A stretch of 64,000 bases of DNA from Cetorhinus maximus (taxonomy: Eukaryota), in contig NC_135896.1 in the NCBI RefSeq assembly GCF_964194155.1, positions 87,420,001 to 87,484,000 on the forward strand, read 5' to 3'. The translations under genes were made by a program, and so were the position numbers. How positions within the stretch are numbered: position 1 is the first letter of the stretch; every line of letters starts with the position of its first letter. Below are positions 1-13,894 of the stretch, in pieces. The notes beneath the pieces were generated by a model. The model ran no database searches. It saw only the letters and a program-made list of their open reading frames with translations, and was not told the origin of the DNA.

Positions 1-742
1 CAAAAAGCACATCTGGTAAAGCAACTGACCCGAAAAGAAGCTGTAACCATCTTGCTTCTAGCAGCACAAACACTCTTTCCAACTCTGGAACACTGCAAGA
101 ATGGATACTCCAAAAATGCACCTGCTTACACAAATACCATGCCCCTTGGTTTTGTTACTATGGGCTGGGCTGGATCAGGTGATGACTACCAGATGCCATA
201 AAAGTACCCCAACAAAAAAAAAGATGGGGGCCACAATTGTGGCTGAAAGCAGAACCACCAGCAAAATACCACAGTGCGGCAATAATGTACTTTTAATAAA
301 GAAGTTACAGAAGAATGAATGAGGAACCCAATCTACAGTGCGCGCAAACCTCTCAAAAGCTTAACCATGACTTTTTTCCCCTGAACTGAGACATTTCCCA
401 ATGTTTAGGCACAGCATTCAGATGTTGCAAAGTCACAGCTGTGTTGGGAACTAACTACCACCTCCATCACAACCTGGCTGTCCTTTGGCATAGCACAGAT
501 AATGACATACCCAACTGTTGTCTTGCTCATTCATAAACAAGGTGCCTGCAGAACTATACAGGTTACTTCAAGTAACACTAGTTTTCAAAGCAACTGGTTC
601 CTTCATTGTTCCCCTCCTGGTTGCCATAGTAATGAGCTGAGATAATTTAATAAATGTGCAGTTCAGAATTTCACTCGCTGGATCTGCAAAAAGGAATGAG
701 TCATTTCACAAACATTACAGTAAAAATAAGTGGAAACCGTAC

Positions 743-813
743 TGCATCTTTTCCTCCTTTCCGTCTTACGCTTCCTGTCACCAGCTTAGCCTTGGCAACA
801 GATGATGAAGAAG
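743..813 (-). CDS. Candidate internal exon of an unidentified minus-strand gene ((A)SSSSVAKAKLVTGSVRRKGGKDA)
   Basis: Acceptor tcctgtttgtatttag|C; donor GCA|gtacgg, or AGC|gtaaga with the exon ending at 770. Only one frame is open (phase 1 start) and it matches the phase-1 end of the 1330-1409 candidate. No homology recognised. Confidence 0.33.
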
Positions 814-1329
814 CTAAATACAAACAGGATGAGATATTTTAAAATCAATAAATAGTGGAAATCCCAAATAAACACCGGAAAATACTAAACACAAGTAGAC
901 CAAATAGTATCTTGAAAACACAACATATTGCTTCAGCTGTAATTTCCAGTTTCTTTCTTTACAAACAATGGCCAAACCATCCTTTCTTCAGTTAGCAGAA
1001 TCCTTGCTTCAACGTGGAAAGCCCAATAGGATTCCCAACGCCAAATCACCCACAACACATTTGAGCATCAAAGCAGTCCCGAGGTGAAAGCTAGGAAGTC
1101 CCTTTGATCTTCCATCTCATTATCTCCCTTCCCAACACTTTCAAAAAGTTCCCTCAAAATGGTGCTAGTGGTCCATGCCATTATCCCTCTTACCCTCCTT
1201 CTCAGTAACTACTGTTTTCCCCCCAGATATAAAGTGCTTTGAGGTGCCTGCTGTACAAGAAGGAACATAGAAGTGTTGGCTGTCTCAGTCTTCAGAACAC
1301 AACAGTTCCGAAAGAAATGTTCTCCTTAC

Positions 1330-1409
1330 CATTCTGCACATTTCCAGCCTTTCTGTTCTTACTACAAGTGACAGAAGCATTGTGTCTTTTACTTCCGCTT
1401 TGCTTCTTT
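1330..1409 (-). CDS. Candidate internal exon, 80 nt (KKQSGSKRHNASVTCSKNRKAGNVQN)
   Basis: Strong acceptor (T-run + cccag|A) and strong donor AATG|gtaagg; open frame phase 2 to phase 1. Confidence 0.4.
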
Positions 1410-1700
1410 CTGGGAAAAAAAAGGACTTCCCTCCCTGATAGTGACCCCCAAAATTGCTGAAACAACAGGCAGCCTGGGGACTAAAAAAATACCCTGTCCT
1501 CTTGGCAATCAGTTGTTGTAACCTAGCCCGGTCTGGAGTGCATACATTTTAATCCTGGAAGAGAATGTTTATCGAAGAAAGCAACATAATAATTACTACC
1601 TGCAATGATTCGCGACAAGCTACCAAATTAGTATTGCGTTGATCCAATATGTTCTGTACCTGTCACAATCTGTCAACAAGATTCAGTGCATTTGTCTAAC

Positions 1701-1768
1701 CTCCAGGCTCTGGATGAGACAAGTTTAATCAAAGGTGATATAGTTACTGAGTGTGCTACTGAATACGC
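1701..1768 (-). CDS. Candidate exon, 68 nt (AYSVAHSVTISPLIKLVSSRAW)
   Basis: Acceptor ctgtag|G and donor GAG|gttaga; single open frame, phase 0 to 2, compatible with both neighbours. Weakened by a competing AG 8 nt upstream that would introduce a stop. Confidence 0.22.
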
Positions 1769-1954
1769 CTACAGATCTGAGATCGAAGAAAATTACATAA
1801 AAGCAATAAAGAGAAAGTTTAGGAAAAGGAATCAGGTCTGTGGACAGGTCTCCTCATGAGGAGTATGGATATAAAAATAAGAGGGAATAATTTCAACAAC
1901 AAAATGGCATTAAAAAAAGACTTTCCAAAACTTCATTTGCATAAGTGAACTTAC

Positions 1955-2004
1955 CCTATTTGTTGCTTCTACAATATCATTTAACATGAATTCTGCCCTA
2001 GTAC
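1955..2004 (-). CDS. Candidate exon, 50 nt (TRAEFMLNDIVEATNR)
   Basis: Strong donor AGG|gtaagt, weak acceptor tgtcatag|G; single open frame, phase 1 to 0. Confidence 0.22.
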
Positions 2005-4126
2005 CTATGACATTAATTTCTTTTTAAAGGTCACAAGACTACATTAAGTATCATGCTTCAAAAAAAAGTGTCATGTAAAATGTTAATAAAACACACAAAT
2101 CATCCGAGGTATGAGATCATGCATTCATGTTTATGGACATATAAATAAGTCGGGAGAGGGAAGCGGGGAGGGAGGGGTGTGCTCGTTTATCAGGGCACTA
2201 ACGTTTTAGCGTTCGGGTTAACATGTTCCAACTAGAGCTTCTCAATGCAGTTGCTAACCCATTTGAAGTTTAACATGTAAATGTGTTAAAATAGCTCAGA
2301 CAGGAATATATAAAAGGTGAATGTGTTAACCACTCAATGCACAGCCAACCCTAAACCTCATTCCTTGGAGCATCAAAAAGAGCAAGCATCATTGACATCT
2401 GGTTATGTTGGAAGTGACACAAGAAACCATTCATAACGTTTGGTGAAAATTCTATAAAGGAGGTGAAGTTATCTAAGCGGCTCATCACTTTCCAAACCAA
2501 TGAACAAATCCAGTGGCCAAGCCCAATTCACTGAGACGACAACTTGCAACAGCTGTGACACTGATTAATTACTGTAATGTCACATTGCCTTTTACGAAGA
2601 TACAAATAAAAGGTTTACAATTTAGTCTGATCTCCGCTGATGGTTTGGTTCAAGCATGAGGCGAGAAATGTTCAAGAATTAAATATCCTTCCCTTCCTGC
2701 CACGCCCTCTCCTTTGCTTTAAGTATAGCAGGGAAATATAAAATAATGATCTAGTAAGTTGATTCTTTTTGGTGGGGCTGCGAACAAGAAACTGAAAAAC
2801 GTGACCAAAGACAACAAAATCTGTTTAGACACTTGGGTTTTACCCTGCGTCTTGAGAATCCTGTTTCCACTGATGCAATGTTAAAACTTAACCGTTGGGC
2901 AGCAGATCCAGTAACACAGCAGGTGGATCATTGTACTTCCACAAGATATGCTACGCTATCGATGGCATGGTAACATGGAGGATTTTTGTTGAGATAGTGG
3001 TCATCCAAGGCTTCGGTTAGCAATATAGATCAATTCCTATCATATTTGTTCATGTTTTCCAATCTGTTCCCAGTGTTCTTCACGAGCATCAAAACTAGAT
3101 ATCACTCCCACTCTCAAGATGCAATAACTGCCTGTGATATTGGGTGGGGAGTAAGAAAGAAGAATCTTCAATCCCGCCCACCCCCCACTAGCCGCTGGAT
3201 AAATGCATTACGTAGAGTAATTCTGAAACAGATGAGCCCTTCACGCATGATCTAGTCCCCTCCATGAAGAACAGCCACAGAGCAAGGTGCTGGAGAACAT
3301 CCATGCTCAGGAACCCTCACCCCCACGTGGTGAGTTAAAAAGGCGAAGCAACGATGGCGGAAAAATAACAATAAAAGCTGATAAGAAGTGTGATGAGTTC
3401 GAGATTTATGGGAGGATACTATAAACCAAGCAACAGCACTCATTGGGAAAAATTAACTATTCAAATATACAACACATTTGGAGCGTGCGTGAGGCACATT
3501 TAAGCATTTCAATTTATCCACTTTAAATTCCTCTTATGAATGTGATCATAATGTACACAAAATAAAGTTTCCTTTATCAGAGTTCTGCACTTAAAATATC
3601 CACTATATTTTACACAAAACCTTATCAAAACAAACTATCTTGCCCTAATAACAATCCAAGCCTTTTCTGTTGGCATTCTTAACATTTTATTTAATAGAGT
3701 GCTACACATTACCTTGGCACATTCCTTCTTGGTTTCTATAAAAATAACTAGAGTTTATTTACATCCATCCACCCCCACATTTCAACACTTTCCCATCAAT
3801 ATGTCCACTGGACCTTGTTAAAGTATTGCTAAGGAATGTGTGTGTCAGTGTGAATAGGGTCGGTTGCCAAATTCAAAACACTGAAGAAACATCAAATTCA
3901 TTGATTTAACACACACACACACACGGTTACAAGTGAACATCAAGTTGCAGCACCTGAAAGAGATGTCATGCTGTTCTGATAAAAGCTCCTAGTTTCCTCT
4001 TTTGAGATGCTGATTTTCCTATTGTGCATATCTAGCATTTAGGGGGCAGAAAACAAAGCAATCTAAGTAGGGACACCATAAACTGAAACAAATGAACTTC
4101 AAGCGAGTAATCAACCCCATCCAAAC

Positions 4127-4216
4127 CTTGAGATTCGATTATTGGCTTGTAATCACTAAAACTTATTTCATAGGCTGGCCCAGTTAGCTTTTTGTCTGTT
4201 GCTGTGCTGACATTAG
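4127..4216 (-). CDS. Candidate symmetric (phase 1-1) 90-nt exon (NVSTATDKKLTGPAYEISFSDYKPIIESQ)
   Basis: Acceptor ttttcatccacattaacag|C, weak donor CAAG|gtttgg; lies within ORF 4032-4238. Confidence 0.18.
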
Positions 4217-5479
4217 CTGTTAATGTGGATGAAAACAATGTGTTACATATTGATGCAAGGTGACTTGCACACTGAAGAACGAGTTAACTGATGCTTCAAT
4301 GGTTACCAGCCATTTCCAGTCAACTATACGACTTGTTTAAAAGTCCCATAAATATGCAGGTAGCTGTAACATTCTGTGACACTAGTATAACCTCCCCCTT
4401 GTGTTTCAGAAGGAGGTGCAGAGAGGATTATACACCCACGGCAAAAAAACAGCCCACACATGCTTTCCTGATGCAGTGAAATCTGCTCATAATGAACAAA
4501 ATACTGTGTTACTGCAAGAACATTTTAATATCTACTAATTTAATGACTTGTAACAATGGGAAATGCTGCCTTTTTTGTTCAGCTGAGTGCTAACCATCCA
4601 TTCTTTACTTCTGAAGCAACAGAGAACTATTCCAACAGATAATTCCTTCAGTTATAAAGCACTCACTATTGCTTATGCTGACTGAATTAATTACTCTTCT
4701 TAATAGCATCCATTCATTTCCAAGTTCAACTACAGGAAACCACTAGTCTCTGGACTGTGATCTTTTTGGGAAACAGTCACTTCCAGGTCAGACTCAATAC
4801 CCTGAACAAGCAATGCATCACATTCTCCAAACCTGACCTCAAGTTTTTGTCCTCTAAAACTGATATATAGGGACACCGATTTAAAGACATTTTTACACTG
4901 AAGTCACTCTCTCGTTGTCTGAACTCCATTGTATGAACAAGTCTAATGCTCATCAGGAATCGATGAAAACGGGAGTATCTTATGCTTCTCTTATTAGGAT
5001 ACTGGATCTGGTTTTAGCGAATAAATTTACTTTCCAACAGACATTGTACAAAACCAAAGCTAAGTTCCCCAGCCTAATGGTAAAAGCAGAGCAGCAACTT
5101 GCCAAGGTGGATGTCATTTTCCTGAGACTCGATGAAATACTGAGAGTGTAAAACATGCCCAATGAACAGTGATCTGTCTCTATACTGCAGCCGAACCTGA
5201 GCTTGCTGCCTTTGGCCTCACTAAAATGTTGATCGGTAATGATCGACTGAGGCACAATAAAGTCTCAGACTAGTAACTGTATAATGTGATGCAGTACTAG
5301 CAAGTTCAAGCTCTGCATATGTGCAAACACACACCCTTAAAGCCATTTGTGTGCATCTGATCATCAGCTTAAGACAGCTCCGAGGTTTATAAAGTTGCTG
5401 CCAGTGAAATGTTTAAACTTGGTTTGGCACTAAATGAGTCGACAAACAGAATGTTGACTTATATTCTTGCTAACTCAGT

Positions 5480-5930
5480 GGAGCGCAGGTTAAAGGAAGT
5501 AATGCTAAAATTCTACAAGTGCTTGGTTCTGATGACTGTGGCTGCTTTGGATCACTGGAACACCAAGTCCCAGAAGCAATACAGAGAAGATAAGAGTGTG
5601 AGGGTGAGAAAACAAGGGAAACTTTCTGTTCGGCATTGAAAGATGATGGTTGGAGCTCAAAGAACCTCAGGGATTAAAAATGGCACAAAATAAAAACAGG
5701 TATTATCTGGAGCACTATTTTGAATTAAATCAGAACAGTATAACAGGAGTGCACCAGTTCAACTTACAAAAGACAAGTTTCAGGTAGATCTTTATATGGA
5801 ATGAACTTCAAGGTGTTAGAGCCAAAATTTAATTTAATGCAATTTATTTGAAGCACTTTAAGAGCTGGTTGGTGCTGTAATGTGGAGACTGTAGAATTCT
5901 TTTGGTTCATGATTTATGATGCACTGTATG
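5480..5930 (+). mobile_element. Old CR1 LINE 3' fragment
   Basis: Translation KEVMLKFYKCLV resembles the CR1 ORF2 C-terminal KEVMLQLYKTLVRP; a degenerate TRGHxFKL-like motif lies at ~5743-5785. Confidence 0.5.
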
Positions 5931-5989
5931 GTTCTCCTCCCTACCTATGTATTTCATGTCATGTAGTGTGATGTGTGGTCTGCTCAAAG

Positions 5990-6190
5990 GCAGGTCCTTG
6001 GCTTATTATCTACTGATGCTTCATCCTCAGCCGTTTTCTTGCAGTTTTCTGTCAGTGGTGATTTGCCATTGCTTTCTTGGGGCAGGGCATGGAGGCAGGT
6101 CCCAAGTCTACCTCAACTGGAATGGGAATTGAACCCAGAATTGGAGCTAATCTGAACCACATGCTAGCTATCTAGCTAACTGAACTAACC
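5990..6190 (-). mobile_element. tRNA-derived SINE fragment
   Basis: Reverse complement starts ggttagttcagttagctag (A-box-like) and contains gggttcaattccc (B-box). Confidence 0.55.
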
Positions 6191-6611
6191 ATCTATATAC
6201 TTAGACAAGTCCAAAGCCAACATGGTCTGAATTTATGTCCTCAATGTGGTGTGATATGTGTTGCTTAAATATGCTTCAAATTGCACAACAGACATTTGCG
6301 TAAACACATTTGAAACAAATGATCAGGTGACTTGATATATAAGCCCATATATACAAAATCCTGGCAATACCCAGCATTATCCCAATGCTGCAATTTCATA
6401 CATGTTTCTGTCCCAACCTGTCACATGTTAAAGTGTGCCACTGTGCATCTGCTAAAGCAAAATAAATCTCTTTCACACACGGAGGTTGCCAATTCAGCCG
6501 CACCTTATATTTCAAGGCACGAAAACATGCAGGTAAGACAGGTGCAACAAATTCGCCAGACTTTCATGTGTGACTTCCTCAGAGAAAGACAGAAAGAGAA
6601 CAGAGTAAAAT

Positions 6612-6665
6612 GTTCAGTAAATATAGCAGTAATATAAATATAGTAAATGTACAGTAAATATAGTG
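6612..6665. repeat. AT-rich imperfect tandem repeat (cagtaaatatag-like units)
   Basis: Repeated agtaaatatag / agtaatataaaatatag / agtaaatgtac units are visible directly. Confidence 0.6.
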
Positions 6666-7489
6666 AATCATGATTTTATGCAAATGTGTTGGGTTTGATC
6701 AGGGTTAAATGCTCATATTTTGCACCCCCTGTAACATTATAGTGTCAGAGCATCTGAACACCCTCTACAATGCAAGCTTTAGCTTTCTGATTCACGTTTG
6801 CTGCTCCAACCATGAAAACAGTAAACGTGGTGTTTCCGCTCTTTCATCTTTGTGAATAACACAGGATGCTGACTAAATTGAATGTGCAAACTAATTACAG
6901 CTTCCACTCTCTCGCATGGCGGCATTTCAAAATAATGACTTCAATTTTCCTCTGGGATAATACAAAGCACTAAAACATTCTTGCAGCATTACAGGAAGGA
7001 AGGAATGCTCATTGCTCCCTGTGGCTTTTCGGCATACCCTGCTCTATTCCGCAGTATTTAAGTATTAAAACAGACTTGAATAAATAACATTTGGCCGATG
7101 GAAAGAGGAAAAAGAGAGAATCAGACCACCTGTCCTATACATATACTTTATTCTGTAAAGGACATTGCTTATCTCCCCTTAAGATTAAGTTGGCAGATGC
7201 ACTTGCCTCAGCATGGAACTGAGCCATTCCAAACAGGAAAGTCCAACATTCGATGTCTGCTCTACACTCAGTTAACTGTCAGCCTGGGTGGCATTTGGGA
7301 CACAACTGGCCTCAGATCCATAGCAGATAGAGGGGATTTTCTTTTTTTAAAATACCTGGGACTCCCATTTTTGATCATTGTTCAATGGCTCTTACTGTAA
7401 GGAGAACTCAGAGGTAATTGTGGGGGGTGGGGGAGGGAATAAACTACATACTTAATCACATGTCACTTCCAACGGAAATTTTAGAGCAA

Positions 7490-7790
7490 AGCAAAAACAA
7501 CTTATCTTTATTTAAGGTCTTTAACATAATAAAAAGTCCCAAGGCACTCCGCAGGAGCATATTATAAAGCAAAATATGACAACAAGCCACATAAGGAGGT
7601 TTTAGGGCCAAAGAGCAAAGGCTTGAACAAAGAGGCAGGTTTTTAGGAGTCCTTCCTGGTAGGAGGAAAGTGAGGTAGGGAGGAGCAGAGGTTTAGGGAG
7701 GGGATTCCAGAGTTAAGGGACCAGGCATCTGAAGGCATGGCCATCAACATTGGAGCCATTAGAATTGGGAATAAGAAGCCAGAATTAGAT
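7490..7790 (-). mobile_element. L2 LINE 3' end fragment
   Basis: Resembles the reverse complement of an L2 3' UTR (…gtcccaaggcactc…ggattccagagttaagggaccagg…ctgaaggcatggcc…); abuts the CR1 that follows. Confidence 0.6.
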
Positions 7791-10700
7791 AACATAGAAA
7801 CTAGGAGCAGGAGTAGGCCATTTGGCCCTTCCAGCCTGCTCCGCCATTCAATATGATCATGGCTGATCTTCTATCTCATTGCCATATTCCTGCTTTCTCG
7901 CCATACCCCCTGATGCCCCTAATATCCAAAAAATTAATTTCTTTCTTGAATATACTCAGTGACTCGGCCTCCACAGCCTTCTGTGGTAGGGAGTTCCACA
8001 GGCTGACCACCCTCCCTGAGAGAAGAAACTTTTCCTCATCTCAGTCCTAAATGGCCTGCCCCGTATCCTGAGACTGTGGCCCCTGGTTCTAGACTCCCCA
8101 ACCAGGAGAAACATCCTCCCTGCATCTAGTCTGTCTAGCCCTGTTAGAATTTTATACGTTCCAATCAGATCCCCTCTCATTCTTCTAAACTCTAGTGAAT
8201 ACAGGTCCTATCGAACCAATCTCTCCTCATACGTCAGCCCTGCCATCCCCGGCATCAGCCTAGTGAACGTTCGCTGCACTCCCTCTATGGCAAGTGTATC
8301 CTTTCTTAGATAGGGAGACCAAAACTGCACACAATTCTCCAGGTGTAGTCTCACCAAGGCCTTGTCTAACAGCAGTAAGACATCCCTACTTCTGAACTCA
8401 AATCCTCTTGCAATGAAGGCCAACATACCATCTGACTTCCTAATTGCTTGCTGCACCTGCCTGTTTGCTCTCAGTGACTGGTGTACAAGGACACCCAGAT
8501 CCTTTTGTACATGCACATTTCCCAATATATCACTATTTAAATAATACTCTGCCCTTCTGTTTTTCACACCGAAGCATATAACTTCACGTATATCCACATA
8601 ATACTGCATCTGCAATATGGTTGCCCACACACGCAACTTGTCTAAACGCCCTGAAGTCTCCTTGCATCCTCCTCACAACCCTGCCCAGTTTTGTTTTGTC
8701 GGCAAACTTGGAAATATTGCATTTGGTTTCCTCATCCAAGTCATTTATATATGTGGTGAATAGCTGGGACCCAAGAACTGATCCCTGCGGTACACCACTA
8801 GTCGCCGCCTGCCATCCAGGAAAAGACCCATTTATTCCCACTCCGGTCTGTCAATCGATGCTCAATCCATGCCAGCATATTACCCCCTATCAGATGTGCT
8901 TTAATTTTGCCCACTAGCCTCTTATGTGGGGCCTTATCAAAAGCCTTCTTGAAATCCAAATACACCACATCCACTGGTTCTCCCCTCATCTATTCTACTA
9001 GTTACATCTTCAAAAAACTCCAATAGATTAATTAAGCATGATTTCCCTTTCATAAACCCATGCTGACTTTGTCTAATTCCGTTAGCGCTTTCCAAGTGTT
9101 CTATTACGGCATCTTTTATAATAGACTCTAGCATTTTCCCCACTACTGATGTTAGACTAACTGGTCTGTAATTGTTGTTTTTTCTCTCCCTCCTTTTGTA
9201 AATAAATAGTGAGCTTACATTTGCCACCCTCCAATCTGTAGGAACTGTTCCAGAGTCTACAGAATTTTGGAAGATGACCACCAATGCATCCAATATTTCC
9301 AGGCCCGCTTCCTTTAGTTCTCTGGGACGTAGGTTATTAGGCCCTGGGGATTTTTCAGCCTTTAACCCCATTAATTTCTCTAGCACCATTTTTTTACTAA
9401 TACTGATTTTCTTCAATTCCTCCCTCTCACTGGACCCTTGGTTCCTCAATGTTTCTGGAAAATTATTTGCGTCCTCTTGTGAACACAGAACCAAAATGTG
9501 TGTTCAATTCTTCTGCCATTTCTTGGTTCCCCATTACCATTTTTCCTGTTTCTGACTGTAAGGGGCCTACATTTGTCTTTGCTAATCTTTTTCTCTTCAC
9601 ATATTTATAGAAGCTTTTACAGTCAGTTTTTATGTTCCCTACAAGTTTACTCTCATACTCCATTTTCCCCTTCTTGATCAATTTCTTATGTCCACTTTTG
9701 CTGAATTCTAAACTGCTCCCAGTCCTCAAGCTTGCTGCTTTTTCTGGCAATTTTATGTCTCCTCTTTGGGTCTAATACTATCGCTAATTTCTTTTGTAAT
9801 CCATGGTTGAGCCACTTTTCCTGTTTTATTTTTGTGCCAGACAGGAATGAATAATTGTTGTAACTCATGCATGCACTCCTTAACTATTAGCCATTGCCTA
9901 TCCACTGTCAACCATTTTAGTTAGGTTCCCCAATCCATCATTGCCAACCCACACCTCATACCCTCGTAGTTCCCTTTATTTAGATTCAGGACCCTAGTTT
10001 TGGATTCAACTTCTTCACTCTCCATCTTAATGGACAATTCTATCATTTCATGGTCGCTGTCCTGCAAGGGACCCCCGCACAAGACTGTTAAAATTAATCC
10101 TCTCTCATTGCACAATACCCAGTCTAGGATAGCCTGCTCTCTAGTTGGTTCCTCAATGTATTGGTCTAAAAAAAACCATCACGTGCATACTCCAGGAAAT
10201 CCTCCTCCACAGCATTATTGCTAGTTTGGTTTGTCCAATCTATACGTAGATTAAAGTCACCCATGATTACAGTTGTACCTTTATTGTGTGCCTCTCTAAC
10301 TTCTTGCTTAATGCTTTCCCTCACAACTCCGTTACTATTTGGGGGCCAATAGACAACCCCCACCAACCTTTTCTGCCCCTTGGTATTTCTTATCTCCACA
10401 CAAACAGATTCCACATCATGATTTTCCAAGCCAATATCCTTCCTCACTATTGCATTGATTTCCTCCTTCACTAACAATGCTACCCTACCTCCTTTCCCTA
10501 TTTGTCTGTCCTTCCCAAATATTGAATACCCCTGGATGTTCAGTTCCCATCCTTGGTCACCTTGCAGCCATGCCTCCATAATTGCAACTATATCATAACC
10601 GTTTATATCTATTTGCGCTGTTAATTCATGTACCTTATTGCTAATGCTCCACGCATTAACATACAATGCCTTTAGACTTGTCTTTTTAACCTTGTTAGTC

Positions 10701-11290
10701 ACCTTAGCTTTATTTTGCACTATGACCCCATTTATTTTTCGCCCTTGTTTTTTCTGCCTTTTGTTTTGCTTTTGCTTCTTTTCTGTCTTTTGTTTCTATC
10801 CTAGTTTCCCCCTCCTCTGTCTACCTGCTCAGGTTCCCATCCCCCTGCCATTCTAGTTTACACCCTCCCCGACAACACTAGCAAACACCCTCGAAGACAC
10901 TGGTCCCGGTCCTGCCCAGGTGCAACCCATTCTGTTTGTACTGGTCCCACCTTCCCCAGAACAGGTCCCAATGTCCCAGGAATCTGAATCCCTCCCCTCT
11001 ACACCATTTCTTCAGCCACACATTCATCCAATATATCCTGTTATTTCTACGCTCGCTAGCATATGGCACTGGTAGCAATCCTGAGATTACTACCTTTGGA
11101 GGTCCGACTTTTTAATTTATATCCTAACTCCCTATATTCAGCTTGTAGGATCTCATCCCTTTTTTTTTTAAAACCTATGTCATTAGTACCAATGTGAACC
11201 ACGACCACTGGCTGTTCACCCTTCCCCCCTTCAAAATGCCCTGCAGCCTCTCCGCGACATCCTTGACCCTGGCACCAGGGAGGCAACATA
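7791..11290 (-). mobile_element. CR1 LINE, 5'-truncated within ORF1, with the full ORF2 span but frameshifted (dead)
   Basis: ORF1 SGNH/GDSL esterase motifs (CCLPGARVKDV, VVVHIGTNDIG, NGLHLGRTG; ~10878-11290). APE endonuclease (ALYVNAWSISNK, IMGDFNL; 10166-10720). RT (KSPGP, NYRPVSLTSVVGKMLE, QHGFMKGKSC, YLDFKKAFDK, GVPQGSVLG, FADK for FADD). C-terminal TRGHSLRI and a CR1-type 3' UTR ending at 7791. Confidence 0.95.
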
Positions 11291-12618
11291 GATTAAAACT
11301 CCGCATCCACATGTCCAGGGAGGAATTGGTGTCATTTTTTAAGACACTTGTACCAATGGTTATACACACTGGTTCCCAATTTTAGCAATGATGCAGACAG
11401 TTGTCTGTATCACTATTGTACACCACCTCTCCTACTACAACTGTGATGTACACAGTTGTCTTTGTCAGTTGCTGTACACACCCGTCCTGTAACTGTAACA
11501 GTAAGAGACAACTGTTAGGCTGCAGTATTATACTGCTAGAATTTAACCTGTGATTCAGCCATTAATTCTAAGGCTCACTGATCACAGATGCAAGGTGGAG
11601 GGAAATGATCTTTTGCTTCCAGGTTAACAATTTAAGTGACATCGTCATTTCTGACATTATTTAATTTTTCTCAGTAAAGAAATTTGTTTTTATAATCAAT
11701 GTATATGAAAAATTAAGTCTTTTATAAATTAGAATTTACAACATAAATAGTTTCGGCCTTGGTTTTGAACTATATAAATTCTTCACAACTGAAGCTTCTA
11801 ATGTGAGAAGTATCAAAAGTGTGGCAAACCAGGAGACAAGTATGATGGGGGCGTGCATCTATCTTTCTTAATCACTTATTTAACAGATCGCCCAATTCAC
11901 AAAGCAAAACCCCTCAGCCCATGGCTCACAGCAAAGCCTCCAATTATACTTCAATTATGACTTATTTCACTGCCTGAAATTCTGCTCAAGACTGTTAAAA
12001 CAGCAGTGACAGTTTTTCAGAAACCTAGTTCATTCTGACCAGTCACAAATTGGACAGGGAGTTGCAAAGTCAGGGGTTGTTTTAGAAAAAAAAGAACATT
12101 TGGAAGTGAGCAATTTCCGTTGTTTCTTTTGCTTTCAACAGATTTGGTTTTTCTTCTGTTGGAAGCAGTTGAGAGCCTTCAAGCAAGAAAAAAAAACTCA
12201 GCTCAGTAAGTGGCTCAGTTGGTTCCTCCTCATGAGGTCACCAACTTTACTATTTTGACAGGCGCTGGTTTCTGACCTGTTGAGCAGCACACCTATGGCA
12301 ATAGTGGAACTTACAATGCTTGGTTCGCAGTCATCCTGATTACCCGATTTCAGCCTCATTCTTATACACTATATGTATTCTGTCTCTTTACTTGGTGAAT
12401 ATAAGCAACAAAATGCAAAGATATCCTTTGGTTGAAACTCCCAGTTTTGCATGTAACACAAAGGAAACCATCTCCCATAATAGATCTTTAGTTACTTGTC
12501 CTTGCTTTCATTACCATGCCAAATGAGAGTGTCCAATTTTCACTGGGCGTTTCCTCCATTATAGGAAGTTATAGTGATGCTATTGCAGATAAATTTTAGT
12601 TATTGGACAACAATCTTT

Positions 12619-12982
12619 GGCCCTGATATTTACTCAGGATTGGGTTGGGGGTAAGGTTTGACAGGAAATTTGGAAGCATGGATTTTTCAGACAGCCTGCA
12701 AAAATTAATCAGAGGAGGATGTCCTTCACATATTCTCAGCTGGGTTCCACCTAACAGCCAGCCAGACTGACAGGCTGCTTGCCTGTTGGGCAGGAAAGGA
12801 GTCAGTGAGATGTTGTATTTGCATGCACATTAATTTGATGGGCCTGGAATAAATGCTCCTGATCGGCCTGGCTCACAAGCAGTGCAATAAAGAAAGAAAG
12901 GCACTTGCCTCACTGGTCCAGCTCTTCTTGGCTCCTTTTACCCATTAGGATTCCCGTGGGTAAAAGAAAATAAAAGCCCCGT
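12619..12982. mobile_element. Possible degenerate MITE
   Basis: Begins ggccctgatatttac; contains the hairpin ttttaccca…tgggtaaaa (12936-12965). The right TIR is poorly preserved. Confidence 0.3.
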
Positions 12983-13894
12983 TAAATTGGAAGGTTGTAG
13001 CCTCTTTGTAAGATTTCAGTGCTGAGTGTAGGTTTGTCACCACAGGTACCTTGACTAAAACTTCCAAGTAGCTGGATTTGAGGTAGGTTTGAGAATTTAC
13101 AAGTTCTCCCTTTTATCTTCGAAAAGACAAAGCTCCAAACATGTTTACCTATGTAGAACAGAGTGTCCTTAATGATAATTGGCAACGATACAAATCATCA
13201 AGTGTAGACACACTAGGCCAGTCACCTCTTTTGACTCCACAATACATTCTGAATTTTGCCACCTAAACCAACCTTCCCAATCCTTTGCCAAGAGTGGAAC
13301 AACCGCGTCTTGACCTTTCCATGGCCCAAACAAAGGAGGTACCAATAAAATAAAGTTACTCCAATTTAAGGCTTTTATTTAAAAATAACTAGACAAGACA
13401 CAGAGAACACCATTTGAATTTTTCCCCAGAGGGGCTCTAATGGAATTTAAGATCAGACCATTGAAGACTTTGATATGCTCTTTTCCTCCCAGTCATAAAA
13501 TTGAGAGAATTTCAATTTTCTTTTATTTATTGCAGTGCCACTGTGTATATCCACTGTGAAGAAAAGGAAATTATTCATGCATTATTTTAGAGCAGCAATG
13601 CCAATTCCAAAATAAATAAATCCCCACTCGCAGAAACTGCCAGGAATTACTGTCAGGCAGCCACTCAACGCCTGTTGAAGATGACTTTCCAACACTAAGC
13701 CATGCCAACGCTGACATACCATTCTTCCACGCAACCCACACAGGTCCAGAAGGCCGTAACTTTCAGCGAGTGCTCTAACAATTTTGAGACAATACTAGAA
13801 ATTTAAAAACATACAATTATCTTCCAAGTGTGCATCCCACTTTCCAGAATTGGGGAAACTGGTATCTTGCGTCAAACAATCTTTCAGGGTTAAG

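Noticed and set aside
4915-5255. Overlapping plus and minus ORFs with helical-looking peptides
   Set aside because: Non-ATG starts, no flanking splice signals and no recognised motif.
6504-6577. Exon-like segment with a very strong minus-strand pyrimidine tract
   Set aside because: Atypical GAG acceptor and stops in all three frames; at most a non-coding or poison exon.
7791-11292. aacataga at both ends of the CR1 as a possible TSD
   Set aside because: Both copies overlap element-derived sequence (3' tail repeat and ORF1), and the L2 fragment on the left does not resume on the right.
2683-12430. ATATCCTT words resembling U12 5' splice sites (2683, 12421; also ~48307)
   Set aside because: On the plus strand with no upstream exon or matching branch point; expected by chance.
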